Below, one piece after another: positions 20,278 to 30,555 of a stretch of 64,000 nucleotides of DNA. The notes under the pieces were generated by a model that did no database searches, was not told the DNA's origin, and saw only the letters and a list, made by a program, of their open reading frames with translations. The position numbers were made by a program, and so were the translations under genes. The first letter of the stretch is position 1. Each line of letters opens with the position of its first letter. Source of the stretch: Candidatus Barnesiella excrementavium (GTDB lineage: Bacteria > Bacteroidota > Bacteroidia > Bacteroidales > Barnesiellaceae); contig DXDM01000017.1 in NCBI GenBank assembly GCA_019115485.1, positions 1,789-65,788 of the forward strand. Reading direction: 5' to 3'.

Positions 20278-21168
20278 ATGAGCGCAAAAAGAATCAAAGT
20301 CGGACTTGTCCAACAACACAATAGCGGCGACATCGCCGACAACATGAACCGCCTGAAACAGCACATCGAACAATGTGCCGCCCAAGGGGCCCAACTTGTC
20401 GTACTGCAAGAGCTGCACAACAGCCTCTACTTCTGCCAAACCGAGTCGACCGACTGCTTCGACCTGGCAGAACCCATTCCGGGCCCCTCGACCGATTTCT
20501 ACGGACAACTGGCAGCCGACCTGCACATCGTGCTGGTCACCTCGCTTTTCGAACGCCGAGCTCCCGGCCTCTATCACAACACGGCCGTCGTGTTCGATAC
20601 CGACGGCTCCATCGCCGGAAAATACCGCAAGATGCACATACCCGATGATCCCGCCTATTACGAGAAATTCTACTTTACCCCCGGCGATCTGGGATTCACA
20701 CCCATCAAGACCTCGATAGGCACCCTGGGCGTACTGGTGTGCTGGGACCAGTGGTACCCCGAGGCTGCCCGCCTCATGGCGCTGCAAGGGGCCGACCTGC
20801 TCATCTACCCCACCGCCATCGGTTGGGAAAGCTCCGACACGCCCGAAGAACAGAAGCGTCAGCAGGACGCCTGGATTATCTCACAACGCGGTCACGCCGT
20901 AGCCAACGGTCTGCCGGTCATCGCCGTCAACCGGGTAGGTCACGAGCCCGATCCCTCGCAACAGACCCGCGGCATTCAGTTTTGGGGGCATAGTTTCGTG
21001 TGCGGCCCGCAGGGCGAAATGCTCGCCGCTGCCCCCAGCGACAGCGAGTGGTGCCAGGTGGTCGACATCGACCTGGCTCGCAGCGAGAATGTGCGACGCT
21101 GGTGGCCCTTCCTGCGCGACCGCCGTATCGACGCCTACGACAACATCTTACGCCGATTTATCGACTGA
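20278..21168 (+). CDS. aguB: N-carbamoylputrescine amidase (carbon-nitrogen hydrolase)
   Basis: 296 aa from ATG 20278 with the nitrilase-superfamily E-K-C triad context (LQELH..., KYRKMHIP, VLVCWDQWYPE). Confidence 0.9.
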   Translation: MSAKRIKVGLVQQHNSGDIADNMNRLKQHIEQCAAQGAQLVVLQELHNSLYFCQTESTDCFDLAEPIPGPSTDFYGQLAADLHIVLVTSLFERRAPGLYHNTAVVFDTDGSIAGKYRKMHIPDDPAYYEKFYFTPGDLGFTPIKTSIGTLGVLVCWDQWYPEAARLMALQGADLLIYPTAIGWESSDTPEEQKRQQDAWIISQRGHAVANGLPVIAVNRVGHEPDPSQQTRGIQFWGHSFVCGPQGEMLAAAPSDSEWCQVVDIDLARSENVRRWWPFLRDRRIDAYDNILRRFID

Positions 21169-21293
21169 CCGGACGAGGTGTCGGAAACAAGCCGGCACCC
21201 CGTTTCAATACCGTCCGCGGAGAGCCGTCGATTTTTCTTACAGGCTCTTCGTTATTATTTGATAAAAAAGAGGATAAATAACCGCAAAACAGC

Positions 21294-21301
21294 TATTTTT
21301 G
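21294..21301 (+). promoter_or_regulatory. -7 box TATTTTTG for the dCMP deaminase gene
   Basis: Exact TAnnTTTG, 20 nt upstream of ATG 21322. Confidence 0.35.
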
Positions 21302-21321
21302 TAACTCATTATCGTCGATAT

Positions 21322-21795
21322 ATGGATATGAAATCAAATAGCCCCGACAAACAACTGAACCTGGACAAACGTTATATACGCATGGCGCAAATCTGGGCCG
21401 AGAACTCCTACTGCCAGCGGCGCAAAGTAGGGGCCTTGATTGTCAAAGACAAAATGATTATTTCCGACGGCTACAACGGTACGCCGGCCGGATTCGAAAA
21501 CTGCTGCGAAGACGAGACGGGTCACACCTTTCCCTTCGTGCTGCATGCCGAAGCCAACGCCATCACCAAGGTAGCCCGCAGCAACAACAGCAGCGACGGA
21601 GCTACCCTGTATGTAACCTCCTCGCCCTGCATCGAGTGTGCCAAACTGATTATCCAGTCGGGTATCAAACGGGTGGTATTCTCGGAGTATTACCGGCTGC
21701 AAGACGGTATCGACCTTTTGCGACGGGCCGGTATCACGGTCGATTTCATCGACCCGCAAGCCGACGGTGAAACACCGCAATCCTCGGGACAATAG
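21322..21795 (+). CDS. dCMP (deoxycytidylate) deaminase, ComEB-like
   Basis: 157 aa with the zinc motifs HAEANAI and PCIECAKLI. Confidence 0.9.
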   Translation: MDMKSNSPDKQLNLDKRYIRMAQIWAENSYCQRRKVGALIVKDKMIISDGYNGTPAGFENCCEDETGHTFPFVLHAEANAITKVARSNNSSDGATLYVTSSPCIECAKLIIQSGIKRVVFSEYYRLQDGIDLLRRAGITVDFIDPQADGETPQSSGQ

Positions 21796-21965
21796 ACACG
21801 GGTGAACAACTTTATTGGGTCAATGTAAAACCGAAAAAGATTCAAAGAACGATACCGAGGAGACTTGTCAGGCAGCGAGACGATTGCCCGCCGTCTACCC
21901 AAGCCCTCTCCCTATCGCAGAAATCCAAAATACAAGAACGCGTTTAATTATTATCCGCATCGATT

Positions 21966-23621
21966 ATGAACAACAAACAAGCTCGTTTCGTCTGGGTCCC
22001 CCTGCTCGTAGCCGTCGCTATCGTGGGTGGCATTTTAATCGGACGATTCTTCTCTTCTGGAAATCCCTTCGGCAACAGCGCGAGATACGACAAAATCGAG
22101 AGTCTGCTGCAATGCATCGAGCAACAGTATGTCGACACCGTAAACCGCGCCGACCTGATTGAAAACGTCATGCCCAAAATCCTGGGCGAACTCGACCCCC
22201 ACTCGGCCTATATCCCGGCCAAAGATCTGGAAAGCGTCAATGAAGAGTTGGAAGGCTCGTTCAGCGGAATAGGGATTCAGTTCAATATCCTCAACGACAC
22301 CATCAACGTGGTGAGCGTGATACCCGGAGGGCCCTCCGAGAAGGTAGGTATCCTGGCCGGCGACCGCATCGTGGCCGTCGACGACTCGGCCTATGTGGGC
22401 AAAGATATCACCAACGAAGGGGTGATGAAACACCTGAAAGGGCCCAAGGGCTCGACCGTCAAACTCGAAATCCTGCGCAAGACCTCCAAAAAGCCCCTCA
22501 CCTACGAGGTAACGCGTGGCGATATCCCCGTCAACAGTGTCGACGCTGCCTTCATGCTCGACGACCGCTCGGGCTACATCAAGGTGAGCAAATTCGGCCG
22601 AACCACCTACGACGAGTTTATCAATGCTCTTTCCAAGCTGAATAACGAAGGAGCCAAAAACTTTATCATCGACCTGCGCGGCAACAGTGGCGGACTGATG
22701 GATATTCCCATCAACATGGCCAACGAATTTCTCCCGGCCGACCGGCTCATCGTCTATGCCGAGGGCCGAGCCTTCGAGCGTGAAGATGCCATATCGAACG
22801 GTACCGGCACCTTCCAGGACGACCCGCTTATCGTGCTGACCGACGAATGGTCGGCCTCGTCGAGCGAAATTTTTGCCGGAGCCATACAGGACAACGACCG
22901 GGGTCTCATCGTGGGTCGCCGCACCTTCGGCAAAGGCTTGGTACAGCAGCAGATTCCGTTCCGCGACGGCTCGGCCATACGGCTCACGGTAGCCCGCTAC
23001 TACACCCCCTCGGGCCGCTGCATTCAGAAAGAATATCAACTGGGCAAAGCCGACGATTACAGCATGGACATTGTCAACCGATACATGCACGGCGAGTTCT
23101 TCAACGTCGACAGCATCAAGCAGAACAAAGACCTTGTGTTCCATACCGTCAACGGGCGTGAGGTATATGGCGGTGGCGGTATCATGCCCGACGTCTTCGT
23201 TCCCCGCGACACAACGGGGGTTACCTCCTACTTCAACAACGTAGCCAACGAGGGGCTGCTCTACCAGTACTCCTTCGACTACACCGACAAGAACCGGGAA
23301 CGCCTCGCCAAAGCCAAGACCGTGGAGGCGCTGCTGCCCATGCTCGACGCCAATACCCTGCTGAACGGCTTCGTACAATATGCCGCTCAAAAGGGCATAC
23401 GTCCGCGTCCCGTCTATATCAACATCTCGCGCAAGCTCATCGTCAACACCTTGCAGGCCTACATAGCCCGCAACATGTTGGGCGAAGAGGCCTTCTACAA
23501 ATTGCTGCTGCGCGATGACGAGACACTGCGCAAGGCTCAGGAAATCCTGAACGACGGCAACAAATATCAGGAGTTGTTGAGCAGCCCGACCGAAGAGTCG
23601 GCCGAAGCCCAAGCAGAGTAA
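21966..23621 (+). CDS. S41 family C-terminal processing peptidase
   Basis: 551 aa with an N-terminal anchor, a PDZ domain (GIGIQFNILNDTINVVSVIPGGPSEKVGILAGDRIVAVD), and a tail-specific protease core (DLRGNSGG..., SASSSEIFAGA..., TFGKG). Confidence 0.92.
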   Translation: MNNKQARFVWVPLLVAVAIVGGILIGRFFSSGNPFGNSARYDKIESLLQCIEQQYVDTVNRADLIENVMPKILGELDPHSAYIPAKDLESVNEELEGSFSGIGIQFNILNDTINVVSVIPGGPSEKVGILAGDRIVAVDDSAYVGKDITNEGVMKHLKGPKGSTVKLEILRKTSKKPLTYEVTRGDIPVNSVDAAFMLDDRSGYIKVSKFGRTTYDEFINALSKLNNEGAKNFIIDLRGNSGGLMDIPINMANEFLPADRLIVYAEGRAFEREDAISNGTGTFQDDPLIVLTDEWSASSSEIFAGAIQDNDRGLIVGRRTFGKGLVQQQIPFRDGSAIRLTVARYYTPSGRCIQKEYQLGKADDYSMDIVNRYMHGEFFNVDSIKQNKDLVFHTVNGREVYGGGGIMPDVFVPRDTTGVTSYFNNVANEGLLYQYSFDYTDKNRERLAKAKTVEALLPMLDANTLLNGFVQYAAQKGIRPRPVYINISRKLIVNTLQAYIARNMLGEEAFYKLLLRDDETLRKAQEILNDGNKYQELLSSPTEESAEAQAE

Positions 23622-23627
23622 CCGGCT

Positions 23628-24191
23628 ATGCTCGACAAGCGACAAATCAGACAGGAGGTCAAGCAACGGAAGCGGACCATCACGCCCGACGAACGGGAAC
23701 GAATTTCCCGGCAAATCTGCCGGGCCGTCGAGTCGCTGCCCGGCTTTGAACGAATAGCTCATCTGATGCTCTATCACGCCCTGCCCGACGAGGTTGATAC
23801 CCGCTACCTGCTCTCGAATTGGGCCCGTGACAAACAGCTCTATCTGCCGATTGTCGACGGCGACGACCTTATCGTGGCCCCCTACGCCGGGGGGGCCATG
23901 AAGCAAGGGGCCTTCCATATTTGGGAACCGGCCGGGACGACAGCCATCGCCCCGGCCCGACTCGAATGGATTGTAGTCCCCGGGGTAGCCTTTGACCGGC
24001 AGATGAACCGGCTGGGACGGGGTAAAGGTTTTTATGACCGACTGTTACGACAGACCCCGGCCCGCAAGATAGGCATCTGCTACGGGCTGCAACTGGTCGA
24101 CGAAATACCGGCCGAAGCCCACGACATAAAAATGGACTTGATTGTAACCGAAAACGACATCATCTATAAAAACGACGAGACATGGCACTAA
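23628..24191 (+). CDS. 5-formyltetrahydrofolate cyclo-ligase
   Basis: 187 aa with the VPGVAFDRQMNRLGRGKGFYDR signature. Confidence 0.88.
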   Translation: MLDKRQIRQEVKQRKRTITPDERERISRQICRAVESLPGFERIAHLMLYHALPDEVDTRYLLSNWARDKQLYLPIVDGDDLIVAPYAGGAMKQGAFHIWEPAGTTAIAPARLEWIVVPGVAFDRQMNRLGRGKGFYDRLLRQTPARKIGICYGLQLVDEIPAEAHDIKMDLIVTENDIIYKNDETWH

Positions 24192-24883
24192 TCAACGCCG
24201 AGAGCAAACTTTGCGACGTAATCCTGAACGAGCCTTCGCTGATACCAGTCATCAACCGGTTTGGCATCATTTTGGGGGTGGGCGACAAGAACATTCGCAC
24301 CGTATGTGACGAGAAAAATCTCGATTGCGAATTTTTCGTGACGATTCTCAACACCTTCATCAACGAAGACTATTTCCCCGAGAACCGGCTCAAATCGTTC
24401 TGTGCCACTCAGATTGTCGATTACCTCACCCAGACCAACACCTATTACCAGCAGTTCCAGATACCCAACATCGAGCGACACTTCAACTCGCTCATCAACC
24501 AGAGCGACAGCGACAACAACAACCTCGAACTGATGAAACAGTTTTTCGAGGAGTTGAAGAAGGAGTTGCTGACCCGTATCGAAAAGGACCGTACCGAGTG
24601 GTTCCCGGCCATCAAGGCTGCCGCCGACGCGCTGCACGGCGAATCGTATGGCGACCCCGTCCGCTACCACGACGAGCCCGATTCGCTCGAAGAGAAACTC
24701 GACGACCTGAAAAGCCTCTTTGTCATTCACCTGCGGGGCGAATACGACCTCAACCTCTGTCACGGCGTCATCTTCGCCCTGTACAGCCTCGAAAAAGACA
24801 TCAAGCAACACAACCGCATTCGCAACCGTATCCTGCGCCCCATTGCCGACGCCATGTTAAAAGAGTGCCGAGACCAAGACTAA
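24182..24883 (+). CDS. Hypothetical protein with ScdA/RIC-like layout but lacking the di-iron His ligands
   Basis: 233 aa; the ATG overlaps the previous gene by 10 nt. The N-terminal ~60 aa (KLCDVILNEPSLIPVINRFGIILGVGDKNIRTVC...) resemble the ScdA_N/DUF542 segment. The helical remainder aligns by eye to hemerythrin-like RIC helices, but the HH / HxxxE positions read TN / RIEKDR. Confidence 0.55.
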   Translation: MALINAESKLCDVILNEPSLIPVINRFGIILGVGDKNIRTVCDEKNLDCEFFVTILNTFINEDYFPENRLKSFCATQIVDYLTQTNTYYQQFQIPNIERHFNSLINQSDSDNNNLELMKQFFEELKKELLTRIEKDRTEWFPAIKAAADALHGESYGDPVRYHDEPDSLEEKLDDLKSLFVIHLRGEYDLNLCHGVIFALYSLEKDIKQHNRIRNRILRPIADAMLKECRDQD

Positions 24884-24892
24884 TCCACACCC

Positions 24893-25447
24893 ATGCGCAT
24901 CGCTGTCATCACTCCACACACGTTGTTGAACCTCGGGTTGAAGCATCTGTTCCAACGATACTTCGACGTTACCCCCGCGCTCTACAACCAGGCCGAAAGT
25001 TTCTTCAACGACTCGCCCGAGCAGTTCGACGCCTATATGCTACAACCCGACATGCTGGTGGCATACAGCGATTTCTTCCTCCCCCGCAAAAGCAAAATCA
25101 TGTTGCTCACCACCCATTGCGAAACAGCTATCGAAAGCTTTGCTCCTTCGCTGCCGGTCCACGAAGACGAAGAGGCCATACTCGAACGAATCGGACGATT
25201 TATCGAACAGCTTGACCGCCAATCGGAAAATCTGCCCCATGAACTCTCGCCCCGCGAGACCGAAGTACTGAAACTGGTTGCCAAGGGGTTCATGAACAAA
25301 GAGATTGCCGACCAACTGAATATCAGTATCAATACCGTACTCAGCCACCGCAAGAACCTCACTGCCAAACTGGGCATCAAGACCGTGTCGGGACTCAGTT
25401 TCTATGCCATGATGAATGGCTATATATCAGATATAGACAACAAATAA
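24893..25447 (+). CDS. LuxR-family transcriptional regulator with pseudo-receiver N-domain
   Basis: 184 aa with a C-terminal GerE/LuxR HTH (LSPRETEVLKLVAKGFMNKEIADQLNISINTVLSHRKNLTAKLG). The N-terminal receiver-like fold has TP in place of the acidic DD pair, and LQP where the phospho-acceptor LDL is expected. Confidence 0.85.
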   Translation: MRIAVITPHTLLNLGLKHLFQRYFDVTPALYNQAESFFNDSPEQFDAYMLQPDMLVAYSDFFLPRKSKIMLLTTHCETAIESFAPSLPVHEDEEAILERIGRFIEQLDRQSENLPHELSPRETEVLKLVAKGFMNKEIADQLNISINTVLSHRKNLTAKLGIKTVSGLSFYAMMNGYISDIDNK

Positions 25448-25476
25448 TTCCGCCGAACAATAAGCCCCATTCCCTA

Positions 25477-25499
25477 TTTTTATCGTTTTTCGATAAAAA
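25477..25499. repeat. Perfect 9-bp inverted repeat TTTTTATCG-N5-CGATAAAAA (weak terminator or operator)
   Basis: Read directly from the sequence. It is AT-rich and lies between the LuxR gene stop (25447) and the DUF2975 gene start (25569). Confidence 0.4.
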
Positions 25500-25568
25500 T
25501 ATACCGTTTTTCTTGTTTATTCCAAAAATAATCCCTTTCTTTGTCTTAACAATAGAAAGACGGCTCAT

Positions 25569-26198
25569 ATGTTTTACGACAAGCAAACCCAAAGGAAAAT
25601 ACAATTACTCAGCCTGTTAATTGCATTGCTCATACTCATTCCCATCGTGCTCGATTTCTCCAAGGGGTTCATGATTGGATTCAACTCCTCGTTCATCGGA
25701 TTTGAAAACGGATTGGGAAAATCGTCGTTGCAGATATGTACGCTCAAACCCGACTCGCTGCAACTGGGCCAATACGGTTCGATGCCGGGACTTACACTAT
25801 CGACCGACGGAATCCTCTACATACCCGACGCCATGGTACCTGTGGGCCTGAAAATAAGCGCAGCCGTCTTTACCGTACTCTCGTTGGCAGCACTCATCGC
25901 CATGATTGTCATGCTGTTTAAGCTGATCCGCTCGGTTGCCGCCGACGGGTTGATGAACAGCAAGAACATCAAACGGCTGCGTCTGCTCTCCTACTTCATG
26001 ATAGCCTTCTACTTCATCAGTTATATCGATATGTTCCTATCGACCAGCTACTACCGGACACACCTCGACCTGGGCAACAACACCCTCAGCTATCCCGAGT
26101 TGAGCCCGGCGGTCACCATCGGCTTTATCCTGCTGCTCCTGGCCGAGATACTGAACATCGCCCACAAACAACGCGAAGAGTTGGACCTCACCATATAA
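25569..26198 (+). CDS. DUF2975-like multi-pass membrane protein
   Basis: 209 aa with ~4-5 TM segments. It sits immediately upstream of a YozG-type HTH gene, which is the usual DUF2975 partner. Confidence 0.7.
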   Translation: MFYDKQTQRKIQLLSLLIALLILIPIVLDFSKGFMIGFNSSFIGFENGLGKSSLQICTLKPDSLQLGQYGSMPGLTLSTDGILYIPDAMVPVGLKISAAVFTVLSLAALIAMIVMLFKLIRSVAADGLMNSKNIKRLRLLSYFMIAFYFISYIDMFLSTSYYRTHLDLGNNTLSYPELSPAVTIGFILLLLAEILNIAHKQREELDLTI

Positions 26199-26208
26199 AT
26201 CATTGCCT

Positions 26209-26436
26209 ATGCCGATTATTGTCAACCTTGATGTCATGATGGCGAAACGGAAAATTTCGCTCAACGAGCTTTCGGGCAAGATCGATATTACCCCTGCCAA
26301 CCTCTCTATCTTAAAGACAGGGAAAGCCAAAGCCATGCGCTTCTCGACCCTCGAAGCTATCTGCCGGGAACTGAACTGCCAGCCCGGTGATATACTTGAA
26401 TATCAAGACGACGAAAAGACAACAGAAACAGAATAA
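26209..26436 (+). CDS. XRE/YozG-type helix-turn-helix transcriptional regulator
   Basis: 75 aa from ATG 26209 (track start 26203 is a TTG). The sequence is IIVNLDVMMAKRKISLNELSGKIDITPANLSILKTGKAKAMRFSTLEAICRELNCQPGDILEY. Confidence 0.88.
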   Translation: MPIIVNLDVMMAKRKISLNELSGKIDITPANLSILKTGKAKAMRFSTLEAICRELNCQPGDILEYQDDEKTTETE

Positions 26437-26470
26437 CAAACACCAATATTTATCATTAAATCAAATTACA

Positions 26471-29305
26471 ATGAATCTACGAATGGTAAAATCGGGATTG
26501 GTACTTGCTTTCCTGGCCATTGCCCAATGGGTGCCGGCCCAGCAAGCTCCTCAGATGGAAGCATTGCCCATCGATCCCAACGTGCGCTACGGTGTACTTG
26601 ACAACGGTCTCACCTACTATGTGCGCCACAACGAAACGCCTAAGAACCGGGCCGAGTTCCACATTGCCCAAAAGGTAGGCTCGATTCTCGAAAATGAGGA
26701 CCAACGCGGTCTGGCTCACTTCCTCGAACACATGGCCTTCAACGGTACCGAGCACTTCCCCGGAAAGACGATGCTCAACTACCTTGAAAACAACGGTATC
26801 AAATTCGGCGTGGACCTCAACGCCTATACCGGATTCGACGAAACCGTATATCGCATTTCCAACGTCCCCACGCAGAACCAGAATCTGGTAGACTCGTGTC
26901 TGCTCGTGCTCTACGACTGGGCCTGCGCCATCTCGCTCAACGACAAGGATATTGATGAAGAGCGCGGTGTAATCCACGAAGAATGGCGCACGCGTGCCGA
27001 TGCCAACTGGCGTACCTGGGAAGCTACGGTGCCCGTCATGTTCGAGGGCAGCCAGTATGCCAACCGCATGCCTATCGGTACAATGGAGGTGGTGATGAAC
27101 TTCCCCTACCAGGCTCTGCGCGACTACTATCACAAATGGTATCGTCCCGACCAACAGGGTATCATCGTAATCGGTGACTTCGACGCCGACAAGATGGAGG
27201 CTCAGATTAAAGAGCTCTTCGGCAAAATCAAAATGCCCGAGAATGCGGCCGAACGTATCTACTACAACGTGCCCGACAACAAAGAACCCATCTTCGCCTT
27301 CCACAAGGACAAAGAGGCAGCCTACACGCGTGTAGACATCTACATGAAACACGACCCCATGCCCCGTGAGATGAGAGGTACCATCAACGGTGCCATCACC
27401 AACTACATGAACGGCGTGATAAGTATCATGTTCAACGACCGTATCACTGAAATTACCCAGAAACCCGATGCCCCCTTCATTGCCGGGGCCATCTTCGACG
27501 GCGACTTCTTCGTATCGAAGACCAAAAGCGCCTTCACCCTCATTGCCCTGGGTAGAGACAACGGTGCCATCGACGCCATTAAAGGTATCATGCGCGAAGC
27601 CGAGCGTATAGACCGCTACGGTTTCACCGCTTCGGAGTACGACCGGGCTCGCGCCACGATGCTCTCGAACTACGAGAACCTCTACAACGAGCGTAACAAC
27701 CGCAAGAGCGTCGACTATGCCGAAGAGTATATCCGTCACTTCATCGACGGCGGCTATATCCCCGGCATCGAAATGGAGTATAACCTCATCAAACAGATGT
27801 CGCCCGCTATCACGGTCGACATGGTAAACCAATATGTAAAATCGCTCATCAGCGAAGACAACCTGGTTATCTCGCTCACCGGTCCCGATAAGGAAGGTGT
27901 CACCTACCCCGACAAAGGCCAGGTGCTGGCTGCTATCAAGGAGGTAGAGGCCGAAGAGGTAGCTCCTTATGTCGACAAGGTATCGAACGAACCCCTCATT
28001 ACGAACGAGCCCGTAGCCGGCAAAGTAACCAAGAGCGCTGCCGGCAAGAAATTCGGCACGACCGAGTGGACTCTCTCCAACGGCGCCAAAGTGGTGCTTA
28101 AACCCACCGACTTCAAGAGCGACGAAATCACCATGCTGGCTGTCAGCAAAGGTGGATATTCGCTCTACAACACCAACGACCCGGCTCTGGCTCTCGACCT
28201 CAAATCGCTCAACGAAATAGTAGAGTTGGGTGGCCTCGGTCAATTCGGCAAGACCGACTTGATGAAGGTTCTGGCCGGTAAACAGGTATCGTCGAGCTTC
28301 TCGCTGAGCGAAGCTCAAGAATCGGTTTTCGCTTCGTGTGCTACGAAAGACCTCGAAACGATGATGCAACTCGTCTACCTCACCTTTACCGACCTGCACC
28401 GCGACGACGAGGCTTTTGCCGCCTGGAAAGAACAATCGAAGGCCGCTCTCGTCAACTATGCCAATACGCCGCAATACATCTTCAGCGACTCACTGTCGGC
28501 TACACTCTACAAACACAACCCCTTGCGCCGTCAGATGAAAGCCGAAGACATCGACCTGATCAGCTACGACCGCATTCTCCAAATCGCCAAGGAGCGCATG
28601 GCCAATGCTGCCGACTATACCTTCATCTTCGTCGGTAGCTTCGACACCGACTCGCTCAAACCTTATGTTGAGAAATACATCGCTTCGCTCCCGGCCAACA
28701 AGAACCGCGAAAAAGTGGGTAAGTTGATCGAAACTCAAAAGGGTATCGTCACGAACCACTACAACCAACCGATGGAAACGGCCAAATCGACCGTCTATGC
28801 CATCTATTCGGGCGACCAAAAATACGATTTGCGCAACTACCTCATGCTCAGCATTCTCGACCAGGTGATGGACATTGTCTATACCGAGACCATTCGTGAG
28901 GAAGAGGGTGGCACCTACGGCGTAGGTACCATGGCCGATTTCTCGCCGGTCGATAATTCGTGGCTGTTCCTCTTCGGATTCGACACCAACCCGCAAGACG
29001 AGAAACGACTCACCGACCGCGCTCACGCCGAGTTGATGAAGGTTGTGAACGAAGGCCCCCGCGAAAAAGATTTCACCAAAGTGAAAGAATACATGCTCAA
29101 AAAACATGCACAGAACCAACGTGAGAACTCCTATTGGAGAGAGATCATTCGCAGCAACGAGTTAGGTTATGGCGACAACGACACCAACTACGAAGAGACT
29201 CTCAACAGCATCACCATCGACGACATGAAGGCGTTCTCCAAGAAACTCTTCACCGGCAAGGACCTCATCGAGGTAATTATGACCGGCGTTGAAAAAGCTG
29301 AATAA
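26471..29305 (+). CDS. M16 family (insulinase/pitrilysin-like) zinc peptidase, two-module secreted form
   Basis: 944 aa from ATG 26471 with a signal peptide (...LAIAQWVPAQQ) and the inverted zinc motif HFLEHMAFNGT. Confidence 0.92.
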   Translation: MNLRMVKSGLVLAFLAIAQWVPAQQAPQMEALPIDPNVRYGVLDNGLTYYVRHNETPKNRAEFHIAQKVGSILENEDQRGLAHFLEHMAFNGTEHFPGKTMLNYLENNGIKFGVDLNAYTGFDETVYRISNVPTQNQNLVDSCLLVLYDWACAISLNDKDIDEERGVIHEEWRTRADANWRTWEATVPVMFEGSQYANRMPIGTMEVVMNFPYQALRDYYHKWYRPDQQGIIVIGDFDADKMEAQIKELFGKIKMPENAAERIYYNVPDNKEPIFAFHKDKEAAYTRVDIYMKHDPMPREMRGTINGAITNYMNGVISIMFNDRITEITQKPDAPFIAGAIFDGDFFVSKTKSAFTLIALGRDNGAIDAIKGIMREAERIDRYGFTASEYDRARATMLSNYENLYNERNNRKSVDYAEEYIRHFIDGGYIPGIEMEYNLIKQMSPAITVDMVNQYVKSLISEDNLVISLTGPDKEGVTYPDKGQVLAAIKEVEAEEVAPYVDKVSNEPLITNEPVAGKVTKSAAGKKFGTTEWTLSNGAKVVLKPTDFKSDEITMLAVSKGGYSLYNTNDPALALDLKSLNEIVELGGLGQFGKTDLMKVLAGKQVSSSFSLSEAQESVFASCATKDLETMMQLVYLTFTDLHRDDEAFAAWKEQSKAALVNYANTPQYIFSDSLSATLYKHNPLRRQMKAEDIDLISYDRILQIAKERMANAADYTFIFVGSFDTDSLKPYVEKYIASLPANKNREKVGKLIETQKGIVTNHYNQPMETAKSTVYAIYSGDQKYDLRNYLMLSILDQVMDIVYTETIREEEGGTYGVGTMADFSPVDNSWLFLFGFDTNPQDEKRLTDRAHAELMKVVNEGPREKDFTKVKEYMLKKHAQNQRENSYWREIIRSNELGYGDNDTNYEETLNSITIDDMKAFSKKLFTGKDLIEVIMTGVEKAE

Positions 29306-29352
29306 TTCCAAGAAGAGCCCTCTTAATTAGAATTATTTTTGTTCCAATAAAC

Positions 29353-29393
29353 AAGGCGGCCGACTCAATTGAACGAGAGTCGGCCGCCTTTAT
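29353..29393. terminator. Bidirectional terminator between the M16 peptidase and GH43 genes
   Basis: 14-bp stem AAGGCGGCCGACTC / GAGTCGGCCGCCTT flanked by A/T tracts, between convergent genes. Confidence 0.75.
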
Positions 29394-29431
29394 AATATGA
29401 GTAACTGAAATATAATTCCTGCGTATCGGAA

Positions 29432-30553
29432 TCAATCAATCCCCGATGGTTTCTTTAACTTCACATCTCGTGCCACAGGAGTTCCAAACACGGGGAAATC
29501 ATTCTCGTCCCACGTAAATTTTTGAGCACGAGGTGAACGAGTATCGCCCATACCTTCAGGGTCGACTTGTGTATCACGTGCATGATAAAGAATATAATAT
29601 TCGGTACTGTCGGGCGACATAAAGAAACTGTTATGACCGGTGCCATATACACCCACTTCGGGATTCTGCTTGAAAACCGGAGTTTGAGACTTTCGCCAAG
29701 ATTTCGGGTCCAATAAATTGCTTTGAGCATCGGCGGTCAACAGGCCCAACGCATAATATGGTGTCCAACATCCACTTGCCGAATAAGCGATATGTATGTA
29801 TTTTCCTGTGGAACTTTTCAAAGGCTGTGGCCCTTCGTTGACATAGATTATGTACGAAGGAGTCCACCCTTCTTCGTTTTTATAATGACGCTCCCACTCC
29901 AACTCGGGTTTCGAAATGAGGACCCGTTCCGAAGCCAGTGTCCACGGATTAGCCATTTCAGCAATATAGATACACTGCGTCTCCGTATCGACCCGACGGG
30001 TTTGCCACCCGGACCATACCATGTACAATTTCCCGTTATTTTCAAAGACCGACCCATCGATAGCCCAGTTGTTATCCTTGTCGGTCGAGATACGACCTTT
30101 CATGACAAACTCTCCCTCGAACGGATCGGCATTCTTGTTTTCCAACACATACAACTGGTGATTATCGGTATTGCCATCGTCGGCAGCATAATAAATATAC
30201 CAGGCATTTCTAATATAATGTATTTCGGGAGCCCACAAATCATACTTATTCGACTCTTCGGTAGGAACCCACACCGTTTTTTGCTCGGCATTCTTCAAGT
30301 CGGTCACATCGGTTGTTCTCCACAAGACAAGTTTATCGCCCATCGTGTGCATATAATAATATACCCCATCATGTAAGATAGCCCAAGGGTCTGGCCCCTT
30401 TTCCAATAAAGGATTCGTATAATACCCCGATATGGAGTCGTTTACGGCCGAATGGTCCTGTCCGCTTCGACTACCGCCACAAGAGATTAACCCTATCGCT
30501 AAACAGGCTCCTAAAAGGCAACTGGAAATTTTCTTCACATTCCTTTGATTCAT
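29432..30553 (-). CDS. Glycoside hydrolase family 43 lipoprotein
   Basis: 373 aa from ATG 30553 (track start 30562 is a TTG). It has the lipobox LISCGG and GH43 five-bladed propeller blocks (NPLLEKGPDPWAI, DLWAPEIHYIRNAWYIYYAADDG, WAIDGSVF, VNEGPQ). Confidence 0.9.
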   Translation of the reverse strand: MNQRNVKKISSCLLGACLAIGLISCGGSRSGQDHSAVNDSISGYYTNPLLEKGPDPWAILHDGVYYYMHTMGDKLVLWRTTDVTDLKNAEQKTVWVPTEESNKYDLWAPEIHYIRNAWYIYYAADDGNTDNHQLYVLENKNADPFEGEFVMKGRISTDKDNNWAIDGSVFENNGKLYMVWSGWQTRRVDTETQCIYIAEMANPWTLASERVLISKPELEWERHYKNEEGWTPSYIIYVNEGPQPLKSSTGKYIHIAYSASGCWTPYYALGLLTADAQSNLLDPKSWRKSQTPVFKQNPEVGVYGTGHNSFFMSPDSTEYYILYHARDTQVDPEGMGDTRSPRAQKFTWDENDFPVFGTPVARDVKLKKPSGID

Positions 30554-30555
30554 AA